From positions 1 through 64,000 of the forward strand of contig JBBRLQ010000023.1 in assembly GCA_038231275.1 (NCBI GenBank): DNA of 64,000 nt, given 5' to 3'. Source of the DNA: Polyangiales bacterium (GTDB taxonomy: Bacteria; Myxococcota_A; Polyangia; Polyangiales; Polyangiaceae). A program made the position numbers and the translations under genes. Numbering within the stretch: the stretch's first letter is position 1; every line of letters starts with the position of its first letter. Below, piece after piece: positions 1-9,631 of this stretch. The notes under the pieces were generated by a model that saw only the letters and a list, made by a program, of their open reading frames with translations, searched no databases and was not told the DNA's origin.

Positions 1-1491
1 CTTGTCGAGCTTCTCCTGCGGGATGCCGGTCTCCTTCTCGAGCTCCTCGAGGGTCGGATCGCGGCCGGTCCGCGCGATGCCGGCCTGCGTCGCGCGCGCG
101 ACGCGGTTGTGCGTGTCGAGCATGTGCACGGGAATGCGGACCGCGCGGCCCTTGTCGGCGAGGGCGCGGCTGATCGCGTGACGAATCCACCACGACGCGT
201 ACGTCGAAAAGCGGTAGCCGCGCGTGTGGTCGAAGCGCTCGACGGCCTTCATGAGGCCGATGTTCCCCTCTTGGATGAGGTCGATGAGGGGGAGGCGGCC
301 GCGGTTGTAGCGGCGCGCGATCGACACGACGAGGCGCAGGTTCGCCTTCACGAACTTGTTCTTCACGAACTTGCTGCGAATGAGCGTCTCGGTCATCCGC
401 TCGGTGTACTTCCGGTAGCCGGGCGTGACGGGGAGGCGCGGCGACACGACCTCGAGTTTCTTGCGCGGCGGGGGGGTGCTGGGTGACGTGCTGGGCGACG
501 TGCTCGGTGACGTGCTCGGTGACGTGGTGGCGACGGCGCCGGTCTCGTCGGGTCCGGCCGCCGCCGCAGCCGCCGCAGCGGCCGCAGCCGCAACCGCAGC
601 CGCCGCCGCAGCCGCAGCAGCCGCCGCGTTCTCGGCGGCGAGCGCCTCCGCTTCCTCTTCTTCGCGCGCGTCCTCTTCCTCTTCGTCGACCGCGTCCGGC
701 GGCTCACCGAGCTTGCGCGCGATCTCCTCGCAGTGCAGCACCCAGAGCCGATCGCTGTCCGCAAGGCGGATGCGGCGACCGAGATCGGTGCAGATCGTCT
801 TCCACTTCTTCTCCTGATCGCGCGTCAGCTTGTTGCGCTGCTTCTTGTACGTCTTCAGAATTTTTCGCAGCTCGGCGATATGCGGGACGTCGATCGCGTC
901 GTCGCCGATGGGCAGATCCTTCTCGAGCGAGTCGAGCGCGTATTCGGCCGCCGGGATGTATGCGAGCAGCGCGACCCAGTGATCGACCTCGCCCTGCTCG
1001 ACCTCCTTCGCGGTCGCGAGCTCTTCCTCGGGACCCATCACGTTGTGGGTCGCCATCTCGCGGAAGTAGCGCGCGAGCATCGAGTCGCCGCCGCCCTCTT
1101 CGATCTCCTTGCGCGTCGGCTGCTTGGGCTCGACCTCGGCGTCGATCGCCTGGACGTCCTCGGCGACGGTCTCGAGATCGAACTCTTCTTCTGCCGTGAC
1201 GACCTCGAGCTCGGGCGTCACCGCCGGGTCCGCTGTGGACGCCGGTGCCGCCTCTTCCTCCTCCGCCGCGTCGACGGGCGGGGGCGCGACGCTCTCGCCG
1301 GGATCGCGCGCGATCGCAGCAGCGTTGCTCTTGCTCTTGGCCATCTTGGGGTCCTTGCTCCGAGGCATCTCGGGCTTGCTCTTCGATGTGCGGGGTTGCT
1401 TCAGGACGGCGTCCGAATTTGATGAAACCGCTTTGACAAGACGCTTTCCAGGGGTCACAGAACTTCTCGGGGGACTCGGACGGGTCGGCAC
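1..1491 (-). CDS. RpoD/SigA-like sigma-70 factor, 3' end outside window
   Basis: Manual translation (absent from ORF track because it runs off the edge): region 1.2 [12 protein letters not shown], then [56 protein letters not shown] at 1491 follows GGAGAG; ATGs at 1368 and 1344 are alternatives. Confidence 0.93.
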   Translation of the reverse strand, partial: MPTRPSPPRSSVTPGKRLVKAVSSNSDAVLKQPRTSKSKPEMPRSKDPKMAKSKSNAAAIARDPGESVAPPPVDAAEEEEAAPASTADPAVTPELEVVTAEEEFDLETVAEDVQAIDAEVEPKQPTRKEIEEGGGDSMLARYFREMATHNVMGPEEELATAKEVEQGEVDHWVALLAYIPAAEYALDSLEKDLPIGDDAIDVPHIAELRKILKTYKKQRNKLTRDQEKKWKTICTDLGRRIRLADSDRLWVLHCEEIARKLGEPPDAVDEEEEDAREEEEAEALAAENAAAAAAAAAAAVAAAAAAAAAAAAGPDETGAVATTSPSTSPSTSPSTSPSTPPPRKKLEVVSPRLPVTPGYRKYTERMTETLIRSKFVKNKFVKANLRLVVSIARRYNRGRLPLIDLIQEGNIGLMKAVERFDHTRGYRFSTYASWWIRHAISRALADKGRAVRIPVHMLDTHNRVARATQAGIARTGRDPTLEELEKETGIPQEKLDK

Positions 1492-1778
1492 GTGCTCTCC
1501 AGACGCGGCTCCAGACGCGGCGCTCGCTAAGACTATAAGTGGTGCGGCCGCTCGTCCGCGTGACGCAAGTCGTGCCCCTACAGGTGCAATTTTTGTTCCT
1601 GGACTACCGATCGGTCGACCCTTCCACGAGGAGTGCGAAGCGGCGCGGCGGGCGGGGCGTCGGGTCATGAAGGTCGCCTCGTAAAAGCTAGGGGTTCAGC
1701 GGCAGGAGAGCGATCCGCGGGGCGTTGATTCGACGCAGCGGGTGGTGCTGCGGTGGAATTTTCGAGTAAGCAAGGTGC

Positions 1779-3569
1779 GTGACTGCCTTCGCGCCACGCC
1801 AGCCTGAAGAAGCCATTTCCGAGGGCATTTCGACATCGCCTGTTCGGTTCGACGTTCGTCCTCTCCGAAGCTTGTACGCGCGGGTTCTCCGTGAAGTTTT
1901 GGGTGCGAGGACGCTCGCGTTCGTTTTCGTCTCCTCTTCGTTGATGCACGCGGCTGGCCACGCGGTGCTCGCGCTCGCCGCTGGGGTGTGTCTCCGCGCC
2001 GTCCTCGGGGCGGGGTCCCCCATGGACGGCGGATCCACCGTGTGGGTGTTGGGCGGCGCTCCCGAGGACCGCGCGGTTTTGGCGGCATTCGTGGGGCTCG
2101 GCGCAGCGGTCCTCAAAGCTGGGGGCGGTGTGTGCGCGACGTACGCACAGGGACGGATCGCCGGAGGCGTCGCTGCCGGGCTTCGTTTGGACGTGCTCGA
2201 GCGGTGGCTGGCACGTCATCGGTTGCGCCGTCCATGGCACGCGGATCATGGCGTGCGCAATCGAGACAGCCGAGGAGGAGGGGTCGGGGAAGGGGCGCGG
2301 GGCGTCGCGGTGCTCACGTCGCGCGTGCGCGAAGTAGAGCTCGGGCTGAGTACCGGCCTACTCGGAGGAGTGCGTGCGGTTACGCAGCTCGTCCCGCTCT
2401 TGGCCGTGCTCGTCGTGGTGTCACCGCGCCTCGCGGCGTGTGCGTTCGCGGTGCTGCTCCCGTTCGCATTGGCGTTAGGCGCCGCGCGTCGCGCATGGAA
2501 GCGCGCGAACCGCGACGCGTCGCGAACGACCGACGCGATGCTCGAGGCGGCCGACGAGGTCGTGCGCCACGCGGATCTGTGGACGACGTATGGCGCCGAG
2601 GCAAAGGCCCGCGCGCAGGTTGCGGCGCTCGGGCAACGCATGGCGCGCCGCGCGGCGAAGGTCGACGCGAGCGCAGCGGGGCTCAGCGGCGCGAACGAGG
2701 TCCTCGGCGCCGCCGCGCTGATGATCGCGCTCGTCGCCGCGCGCGCCGGTTGGCTCGGCGCGGGGCTCGGAGGAGGGACGCTGATCGCGTTCGCCGTGGT
2801 GTTCTTCCTGGCGTACCGGCCGCTGCGCGATCTCACCGAGGCGCGGCTCGCCCTCGCGCGCGCGCGCACGGCGATGGAGGAGATAGAGGAGGCGGTCGGC
2901 GCCAAGTCGGAGTCGGGGTCGGAGTCGGCGTCGGGGTCGGCGTCGGCGTCCGGGTCGGCGGGGTGGCGACTCGCCGAGCTGGAAATTTCTGGCGTTCGTG
3001 TCGGAACAGGCGAGCTCTTCTCCGCGCGCATCGCCGCAGGTGAGATCGTCGCGATCTGCGGCGCGACCGGCGCGGGAAAGACGACGCTGCTGCGCGCGAT
3101 GCTCGGCCTCGACGAGACGACGGGAGAGGTGCGCTACGACGGCACGCACCTCCGAGGTGGCCCGGGGCTCGTGTCGCGGCCGTTCGCGTGGGTGCCCCAA
3201 GACGCGCCGCTGCTCGCCGACACGCTCGACGCCAACGTGCGGCTCGCCGAGGGCGCGGGCGATGCCGCGGTGGCGTTGACGTCAATCGGCGCAGAACGGC
3301 TCCTCGCGGCGATCGGAGGCGCGCGCCTCGGCGCAGGAGGTCGCGCGGTCTCGGGCGGCGAGCGGCAGTGGATCGCCCTCGCGCGCGCGGTGGCGACGCA
3401 GCAGCCGGTGCTCCTCCTCGACGAGCCGACGAGCGGCCTCGACGCGCCTGCGCAAGCGCGCGTGCTCGAGGCGATCGCGCGCCTCCGGGGAAAGCGCACC
3501 GTGGTCCTCGTCACGCACCGCCCCGAGCCGCTCCAGATCGCCGACCAGGTGATCCGCATGCCCGAGTGA
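1779..3569 (+). CDS. ABC exporter, fused permease and ATPase
   Basis: N-terminal TM helices; Walker A GATGAGKT, Q-loop WVPQD, signature VSGGERQ, Walker B LLLDEPTSGLD, H-loop VTHR. Start uncertain. Confidence 0.9.
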   Translation: MTAFAPRQPEEAISEGISTSPVRFDVRPLRSLYARVLREVLGARTLAFVFVSSSLMHAAGHAVLALAAGVCLRAVLGAGSPMDGGSTVWVLGGAPEDRAVLAAFVGLGAAVLKAGGGVCATYAQGRIAGGVAAGLRLDVLERWLARHRLRRPWHADHGVRNRDSRGGGVGEGARGVAVLTSRVREVELGLSTGLLGGVRAVTQLVPLLAVLVVVSPRLAACAFAVLLPFALALGAARRAWKRANRDASRTTDAMLEAADEVVRHADLWTTYGAEAKARAQVAALGQRMARRAAKVDASAAGLSGANEVLGAAALMIALVAARAGWLGAGLGGGTLIAFAVVFFLAYRPLRDLTEARLALARARTAMEEIEEAVGAKSESGSESASGSASASGSAGWRLAELEISGVRVGTGELFSARIAAGEIVAICGATGAGKTTLLRAMLGLDETTGEVRYDGTHLRGGPGLVSRPFAWVPQDAPLLADTLDANVRLAEGAGDAAVALTSIGAERLLAAIGGARLGAGGRAVSGGERQWIALARAVATQQPVLLLDEPTSGLDAPAQARVLEAIARLRGKRTVVLVTHRPEPLQIADQVIRMPE

Positions 3570-3601
3570 CAACGGACCGAGCCATCGACTACGGTGGTCC
3601 C

Positions 3602-4309
3602 GTGCGAACGCGCCGGACGTGGGCCCCGATCTCGATCCTCCTCGCCGCGTGCGGTGCGCCTGGTCCCGCTGCGCAGTCGCCGACCACGACCTCGACGCCA
3701 CCGTCAGCCGCGACGCCAGCCGCCGCCGCTCCCGAGCCGCTCGCGAGCCCGCAAATTCAGCTCGGCGCGCCCAATCACGCGACTGCGTTCGGCGAGCCGA
3801 TCGCGTTCGACGGGATCGCCGAAGGCCTCATGTGGCCAAGCCTCGCGCGGGCGTTCGCAGCGAAGGCGCCAGGCTCCAGTCGTGTCGTCCTCGCGGCGCC
3901 ACGTGACGCGCGCACGCTCGACGTTCTCCGCGCGGTGTGGACCCTTCGCGAGGTCGACGTCGAGGTGCAGACCCTCGGCCCGGGAAACGAGGCGCGTCCG
4001 CTGGTGCTGGCGAAACGGCCGGCGAAGCGCCCCGACGGACCGACGTGCCATGCCGCCGTATTCGTCGGCTCCGAGGGAAAGCTGCGCGTGGCGCTGCCCG
4101 GCGGTCCGGTCGGCGTGCAGAGCACCGCGGAGCTCGTCTCGTCGCTCGCCGCCGGCGCGCGGCATTGCAGCGTCCGTTGGATCGCCGTCGGCGCGGAGAC
4201 CACGAGCGAGGCATGGGGAGGGGTCTTCGACGTCGCCTACACGGTGCAGGCCTCGTATGCGGTCGGGATCGGGCGCGTCGTTCTCGGCGAGCCGCTGATC
4301 CGGAAGTAG
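3602..4309 (+). CDS. Hypothetical lipoprotein, possibly with ExbD/TolR-like domain(s)
   Basis: GTG start, lipobox LLAAC, Pro/Ala linker. VVLAAPRDARTLDVLRAV weakly resembles the ExbD periplasmic fold. Confidence 0.6.
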   Translation: MRTRRTWAPISILLAACGAPGPAAQSPTTTSTPPSAATPAAAAPEPLASPQIQLGAPNHATAFGEPIAFDGIAEGLMWPSLARAFAAKAPGSSRVVLAAPRDARTLDVLRAVWTLREVDVEVQTLGPGNEARPLVLAKRPAKRPDGPTCHAAVFVGSEGKLRVALPGGPVGVQSTAELVSSLAAGARHCSVRWIAVGAETTSEAWGGVFDVAYTVQASYAVGIGRVVLGEPLIRK

Positions 4310-4343
4310 GGAACTTTCGCGCCGCCGCGCTGTCGCATCCTCG

Positions 4344-6272
4344 ATGCGCGCGTGGCTCCTGGCTCTTCCGCTCCTCCTCCTCCGTACGGCCGCACCGGAG
4401 CCCGCGCGGGGGCCGGCGCCTCCTCCGCCTCCCTACAAAATCGTGCTCGACGACGAGAGCGCGGGCCCAAGCCACACGCTGGCCCTGGGTCGAATCAAAG
4501 GGCAGCCGCTCGCGTTCGTGGCCGACGAGGATCGGTCGGCGGTCCTCACATTCTCGACGAACGACATGCGGTTCGTCAGCCGCACACCTCTCGAAGGTAA
4601 GCCGTCGAGCGTGCGCGTCCTCCCGAATGGCGAGCTGGCCGTAACGCTGCGCGAGCAGGGCAAGGTCGCGTTCCTTGCCGCCACGCGCGATGGCCTCCGC
4701 GTGAGCGCGACGGTCGACGTTTGCACGGAGCCGGTGTCGACGAACGGCGAAGGGGACTCGCTCTTCGTCGTGTGCGCGTGGGGGCACGCGCTCGACGTCG
4801 TGTCGATCGCGTCGCGGACGCGCACCGCGCGATACGATCTGCCGCGCGAGCCACGCGCGTTGGTAAAAGGAGAGGACGGGCGCCTGTTCGTCTCGCACGC
4901 CGTGGGCTCGCGCCTCTCGATCGTCGATCCGCGAAGCGGCGCGGTGTCCGACCGCTCGTTGTCGCTCGCGGGGATGGTGCTCCCGAAGCGCGAAGACATC
5001 TTCTTGGGGTTCGTCGATCCGCGCGCGGAGGGCGGGCCGGTTCCGGACGAGGGGCAGAGGCCGCGTTTCGCGAGTCAGGGATTTTCGCTCGCGCGGTTGT
5101 CGACGCCGTCGGGCGAACGCCTATTTTTGCCCGAGGTTCAGGTCGCGCCGAACGACGCGCCGATCCGGCGCGGCGCCAAGGTGGAGCGCCCTCCGGAGCG
5201 GAGCTTCGGGTACGGCGGTGGCGTCGCCGGGTTCGGGCTTGCCCGGCCGCTGCCGGCTGCGATCCCACATCTCGCGACGCTCGACGTCGCCGATCTTCGA
5301 GGCGACGTAGCGCCGCGGCCGCTCGGCGACGTGGCGCCCGTGAGCTCGGCGTGCCTGCTCCCGCGCGCGGCGAAGACGACGACGGGCGGTCGCGTCTTCG
5401 TCACGTGCCTCGGCACCGACGAGGTCCTCGAATACGACGGCCTCGCGCGCGTCCCGAACGCGCGCCTCGTCCTTCGCGCGCACGTGGCGCACGGTCCGAC
5501 CGGCGTGGCGTTCGCGGGCATGCGCATCTTCGTGTGGTCTACGTTCGATCGCGTCCTCACGCGGCTCGAGGACGGGGAACTCGAGGGCTTCGAGGTCGTC
5601 TCCGACGTCACCGAGCGCAAGCCGACGCCGTTCGAGGTCGGGCGTCGCCTCTTCCATCGCACGCAGTCGTTCCACATCAGCGCCGACGGGCGCGCGTGCG
5701 CGAGCTGTCACCCCGACGGTCGCGACGATGGCCTCGTCTGGTCGAGCCCCGACGGTCCGCGCCAGACGCCGATGCTCGCCGGGCGCCTCGCGAGCACGCC
5801 GCCGTTCGGATGGACCGGCTCCGCCGACACCGTGCGCGCGCACATGGCCCAGACCTTCGCGCGCCTCGGCGGCAGCGGGCTCGACGACGCATCCCTCTAC
5901 GCGCTCCTCACGTACGTCGCGCAGATGGCGCCGCCGCCCGACACGCGCGCGGCCGTCGCGACCGACCCCCACGTCGCGAACGGGAAGAAGCTCTTCGACG
6001 GCTACGACACCGGCTGCCGCGACTGCCACGATCCGTCGCGCGGGCTCAGTGACGGCGCTCGCCACGCGGTCGGCTCCAAGACGCGCGGCGATCTTCACGC
6101 GTCGTTCGAGACGCCGTCGCTCCGTCACATCGGGGGCACGGCGCCGTACTTTCACGACGGGCGCTTCGCGACGCTCGAAGCGCTCCTGCGAGGCAGCCCA
6201 GCGATGGCGGACACGAGCCAGCTGTCGGACGCCGAGATCGGTGACCTCGCCGCGTACCTGCGCACGCTCTAG
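4344..6272 (+). CDS. Secreted YVTN-like beta-propeller fused to di-haem cytochrome c (peroxidase/MauG-like)
   Basis: Signal peptide; propeller-type repeats; CASCH and CRDCH haem motifs; TPSLR and APYFHDG motifs of the di-haem peroxidase family. Confidence 0.85.
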   Translation: MRAWLLALPLLLLRTAAPEPARGPAPPPPPYKIVLDDESAGPSHTLALGRIKGQPLAFVADEDRSAVLTFSTNDMRFVSRTPLEGKPSSVRVLPNGELAVTLREQGKVAFLAATRDGLRVSATVDVCTEPVSTNGEGDSLFVVCAWGHALDVVSIASRTRTARYDLPREPRALVKGEDGRLFVSHAVGSRLSIVDPRSGAVSDRSLSLAGMVLPKREDIFLGFVDPRAEGGPVPDEGQRPRFASQGFSLARLSTPSGERLFLPEVQVAPNDAPIRRGAKVERPPERSFGYGGGVAGFGLARPLPAAIPHLATLDVADLRGDVAPRPLGDVAPVSSACLLPRAAKTTTGGRVFVTCLGTDEVLEYDGLARVPNARLVLRAHVAHGPTGVAFAGMRIFVWSTFDRVLTRLEDGELEGFEVVSDVTERKPTPFEVGRRLFHRTQSFHISADGRACASCHPDGRDDGLVWSSPDGPRQTPMLAGRLASTPPFGWTGSADTVRAHMAQTFARLGGSGLDDASLYALLTYVAQMAPPPDTRAAVATDPHVANGKKLFDGYDTGCRDCHDPSRGLSDGARHAVGSKTRGDLHASFETPSLRHIGGTAPYFHDGRFATLEALLRGSPAMADTSQLSDAEIGDLAAYLRTL

Positions 6273-6299
6273 CGCAGACCCGTGTGCTACGAACGGGGG

Positions 6300-7235
6300 A
6301 TGCGTCATCGCCGGATCACCGTCGACGCGGACGTCACGCCGCGCTTCACCGCCTGCTATTTGCGCGTCGCCGGTGACGAGGCCGCCTTCGTCGAGGCGCA
6401 CACCGCGCACGCGCTGCCTCGTCTCCTGGCTGCGCTCGAGGCGCAGCAGCTGCGGCCCGAGCAGGTGCGCTGGGTGGTGGTCACGCACGCGCACCTCGAT
6501 CACGCGGCGGGGGCGAGCGCGCTTCTCGGAGCGTGCCCGAAGGCCACGCTCGTCGCTCACCCGCGGGCGGCCAAGAACCTGATCGATCCCGACAAGCTCG
6601 TGCAAGGCGCCACCGCGGTGTACGGCGCGGCGCGCTTCGCCGAGCTGTACGGTACGCTCTCGCCCATCCCGAAGGCGCGCGTCCTCACGCTCGACGACGG
6701 CGCGACGTTCGCCCTCGGCGACGCGACGTTCACGGTGCTCCACACGTACGGCCACGCGTTCCATCACTTCGCGGTCGACGATCCGGCGCTCGACACCGTC
6801 TACACCGGCGACACGTTCGGCCTCGTTTACCCGGCGCTCCAGACGCGCGGTCGCTTCGCGCTCCCGTCGACGAGCCCCACCGGATTTCACGCCGCCGAGG
6901 CGAACAAGAGCCTCGATCGCATCCTCGCGCTCGGCCGTCGCTTCGTGTGCTTGACGCATTTCGACGGGCACGAGGACGCGCCCTCGATCGCGGCGCAGGT
7001 GCGGCGCTTCGTCGATCGCGCGGGGGCGTGGGTGGACGAGGCCTCGCGCGGCGACGAGACGGTCGCGGCGCTCCAAGCGCGCTTCATGATCGCGTGGCGC
7101 GACGCGATCCTCTCGGAGGCGCCGCGCTTCGGAGAAGAGGAGCTGCGCCTGCTCGCGCTCGACATCGAGCTGAACGCGCAGGGCCTCGCCTTCGCGGCCG
7201 ACGCGATGCGCGCGGAGCGCAAGAAATCCGGCTGA
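6300..7235 (+). CDS. MBL-fold metallo-hydrolase
   Basis: THAHLDHAAG, GHAFHH, TGD and THF motifs. Confidence 0.9.
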   Translation: MRHRRITVDADVTPRFTACYLRVAGDEAAFVEAHTAHALPRLLAALEAQQLRPEQVRWVVVTHAHLDHAAGASALLGACPKATLVAHPRAAKNLIDPDKLVQGATAVYGAARFAELYGTLSPIPKARVLTLDDGATFALGDATFTVLHTYGHAFHHFAVDDPALDTVYTGDTFGLVYPALQTRGRFALPSTSPTGFHAAEANKSLDRILALGRRFVCLTHFDGHEDAPSIAAQVRRFVDRAGAWVDEASRGDETVAALQARFMIAWRDAILSEAPRFGEEELRLLALDIELNAQGLAFAADAMRAERKKSG

Positions 7236-8171
7236 TCAGGCGACGACGAGGGCGAGCGTCGGGCCGGCGCGGACGACGACGCGGCCGGCATGGAACAGGT
7301 CGCCGTCGAGGATGTACGGGGACCCGGCGCCGAGGTCGAACGCCGCTTCGCGCGCGAGCGCGTCGACGTGCTCGCGGCCGAGGAGACGCCGGCCGAGGAG
7401 GACGAGCGGAAGCTGCGGGCCGAGCGCGCGCGGGCCGAGCGCGCTCGCCACCACGTGCACGCGCGACGGATCCTCACCGGCGCGGTAGGTGACGCGCATT
7501 CCGATCCCGAGATCGCGGACGGTGGCGGCGACGACGAGGCTGTAGGCCCGCGCGGGCTGGACCGCGCCGTCGATCGAGATTTTGGTCGGAGCGGGCGTGA
7601 GGACGCGTCGCGCCGTGCGTCCGGATGCGAACGAGCCCGCGAAAATTCGCGCGACGATGCGCGCGGCGGCGCCGTAGCCGCGTGCCCCGTCGGCCTCGTA
7701 GAGCTCGAAGAAGCGCGCGACGAGGCCGGCGCCGAAGATGAACCCGATCCGCTCCTCGCCGCCGTCCTCCGCCGCAACGAGCGTGGGGGCGGGCGTCGTC
7801 GCGCTGCGTTCGTCGGCGGCTCGAACGAGCAGGCGCTCGGCGTAGTCGGTCGCGTCTCCGCGAAAGCCGTAGCTCCGCGCGATGGTGGACACCGTCCCTC
7901 CGGGCACGAGCCCGATCCGCGGCAGCGGTCTCCCGGCGTAGGCCCGGGCGAGCGCCGAGAGCCCTGCCATCGTCGACCCGTCGCCTCCCGCCAGGAGCAC
8001 GGTGTGGGGCGTGTCCTGCGCGATCGCCTCGGCGACCTCCGGCAGCTCTCCCAGGGAGCGCGTTTCGTGCAGAATGCACGCAGCTCCTGCGGCGCGCCTC
8101 AGCGCGTCGAGGAGATGGCTCCCCTCGGCGAGGCGCCCGGCGCGGAGGTTCGCGAGGAGATGAAAGGGCAA
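7236..8171 (-). CDS. Diacylglycerol/lipid kinase family protein
   Basis: ANLRAG, AGGDGS, VPGGT and YILDGD motifs. Confidence 0.8.
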   Translation of the reverse strand: MPFHLLANLRAGRLAEGSHLLDALRRAAGAACILHETRSLGELPEVAEAIAQDTPHTVLLAGGDGSTMAGLSALARAYAGRPLPRIGLVPGGTVSTIARSYGFRGDATDYAERLLVRAADERSATTPAPTLVAAEDGGEERIGFIFGAGLVARFFELYEADGARGYGAAARIVARIFAGSFASGRTARRVLTPAPTKISIDGAVQPARAYSLVVAATVRDLGIGMRVTYRAGEDPSRVHVVASALGPRALGPQLPLVLLGRRLLGREHVDALAREAAFDLGAGSPYILDGDLFHAGRVVVRAGPTLALVVA

Positions 8172-8238
8172 GGGGAAGGCGGGAGGTGGGTCGGGAGAGG
8201 TGTGGCGGCTAGGGTCGGTTTACGGTACCCGTTCTCGT

Positions 8239-9555
8239 ATGCGAGCTCGCGTTCTTTGCGCCCTCATTCTGGTCACCTCTGCGTGCGGCTCCTCGCCGGC
8301 GATGCGCGCGGCGGAGAGCGGGGATCTGAAGACGCTCCGCGCGGAGCTGGGCGCGCGCGAGAAGGCCGGCGATCTCTCGAACCGCGAGGCCGCGAAGGTG
8401 GCGCGCGCCGTCGCCGATCGCGAGCTGCGCGCGGCGAAGGGAGAGGACGCGACCAAGCGCGTACGCGAGACACGCGCGTGCACGGGGGAGCTGGACGACG
8501 CCCTCGACGAGCGCACGCGCACGCACGATCTCGCGGGCGCCGAGGCCGCGATGGCCCTCCTCGACGACGGGCGCATGAGCCGCGGAAAGGCGCGCGACTG
8601 GCTCGCCGATCAAGACGACGCGTGGCGAGCGGTGGGGACGCGAACGCTGGTCCGAGACGACGACGCAACGGCGCGGCGCAAGGCCTTCACCGATCCCGGC
8701 CCGCGATCTCGCCGCGCGGCGATGCGCGCGTCCGCCGAGGCGATGGATCCGCAGGACTTCGATGGCCTGATGGAGGCGGCGCGCCTCGACCCCGAGCCGT
8801 TCGTCCGCACCGAGGCGCTTCGCGCGGCGGTGAAGCACGGCGGGAAGGGGCAGGGCCTCGTCACGAAGCTCCGCGATCTCTGGCAGTCCGGAGACGACGC
8901 GCTTCGCGAGGACATCGCGGTCGCGTGGACGCTGCCACAGATCTATGCGGCGGGCGGGAAAGAGGCGCTCGCCGTGCTGGTGGCCGGGGGAGTCGGGCCC
9001 GGCGCGATCGCTGGCGCGGGAGCGGTCCTCCGCGCGCCGCACGCCAAGGAGCTCGCAGGGCCTGCCACCGCGCTCCTCGTTCGCACGCTCGAAAGCGCGT
9101 CGCACCGCGATCGGACGCACGCGCTCGCGATCGCGCCGCTGTCCGACGAGCCGCTGCTCGCCGCGGTGAAGAAGGCCGCGGGCGACGACGAGGTCGACGC
9201 GCAGGTCCGCCTGGCCGCGCTGGGGCGCCTCGCGCAGATCAAGGAAGAGCGCGACAAGGCGGTCGCCAAGCTCGAGGCGCTCGCGGCGAAGAAGGACGAC
9301 GAGCCCCTCGCGTCGCGCGCGCGGATGGCGCTCGCGCACGCGGGAGATCTGCGCGTGCAAGCGTGGCTCGAACAGGATCTCGCCGCGAAGGACCCGCACG
9401 CCCGCCTCGCCGCCGCCGACGCGCTCGCGGCCCTCGGACGCTCCGCGCGCGGCGCCCCGCTCCTGGCCGACGAGGACGCGAGCGTCCGAACCCGCGCAGC
9501 GTGCACGTTGATGGTCGCTGCGCGCGTCCCTGCGCGCGTCGCTCCGCGCCGATGA
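8239..9555 (+). CDS. HEAT-repeat lipoprotein
   Basis: Lipobox TSAC; repeated D-x-x-VR-x-AA-x-AL units. Confidence 0.75.
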   Translation: MRARVLCALILVTSACGSSPAMRAAESGDLKTLRAELGAREKAGDLSNREAAKVARAVADRELRAAKGEDATKRVRETRACTGELDDALDERTRTHDLAGAEAAMALLDDGRMSRGKARDWLADQDDAWRAVGTRTLVRDDDATARRKAFTDPGPRSRRAAMRASAEAMDPQDFDGLMEAARLDPEPFVRTEALRAAVKHGGKGQGLVTKLRDLWQSGDDALREDIAVAWTLPQIYAAGGKEALAVLVAGGVGPGAIAGAGAVLRAPHAKELAGPATALLVRTLESASHRDRTHALAIAPLSDEPLLAAVKKAAGDDEVDAQVRLAALGRLAQIKEERDKAVAKLEALAAKKDDEPLASRARMALAHAGDLRVQAWLEQDLAAKDPHARLAAADALAALGRSARGAPLLADEDASVRTRAACTLMVAARVPARVAPRR

Positions 9556-9587
9556 GTGGAGCGAAGCGCAGCGGAGCGAAACGCTCC
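9556..9587 (+). repeat. REP-like 32-bp element, copy 1
   Basis: GTGGAGCGAAGCGCAGCGGAGCGAAACGCTCC directly after the TGA stop at 9553-9555. Confidence 0.9.
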
Positions 9588-9631
9588 CTGGCTTGGACGG
9601 AGGTCGGCCGCTCGGTTTCTCCGCGCGGAGC

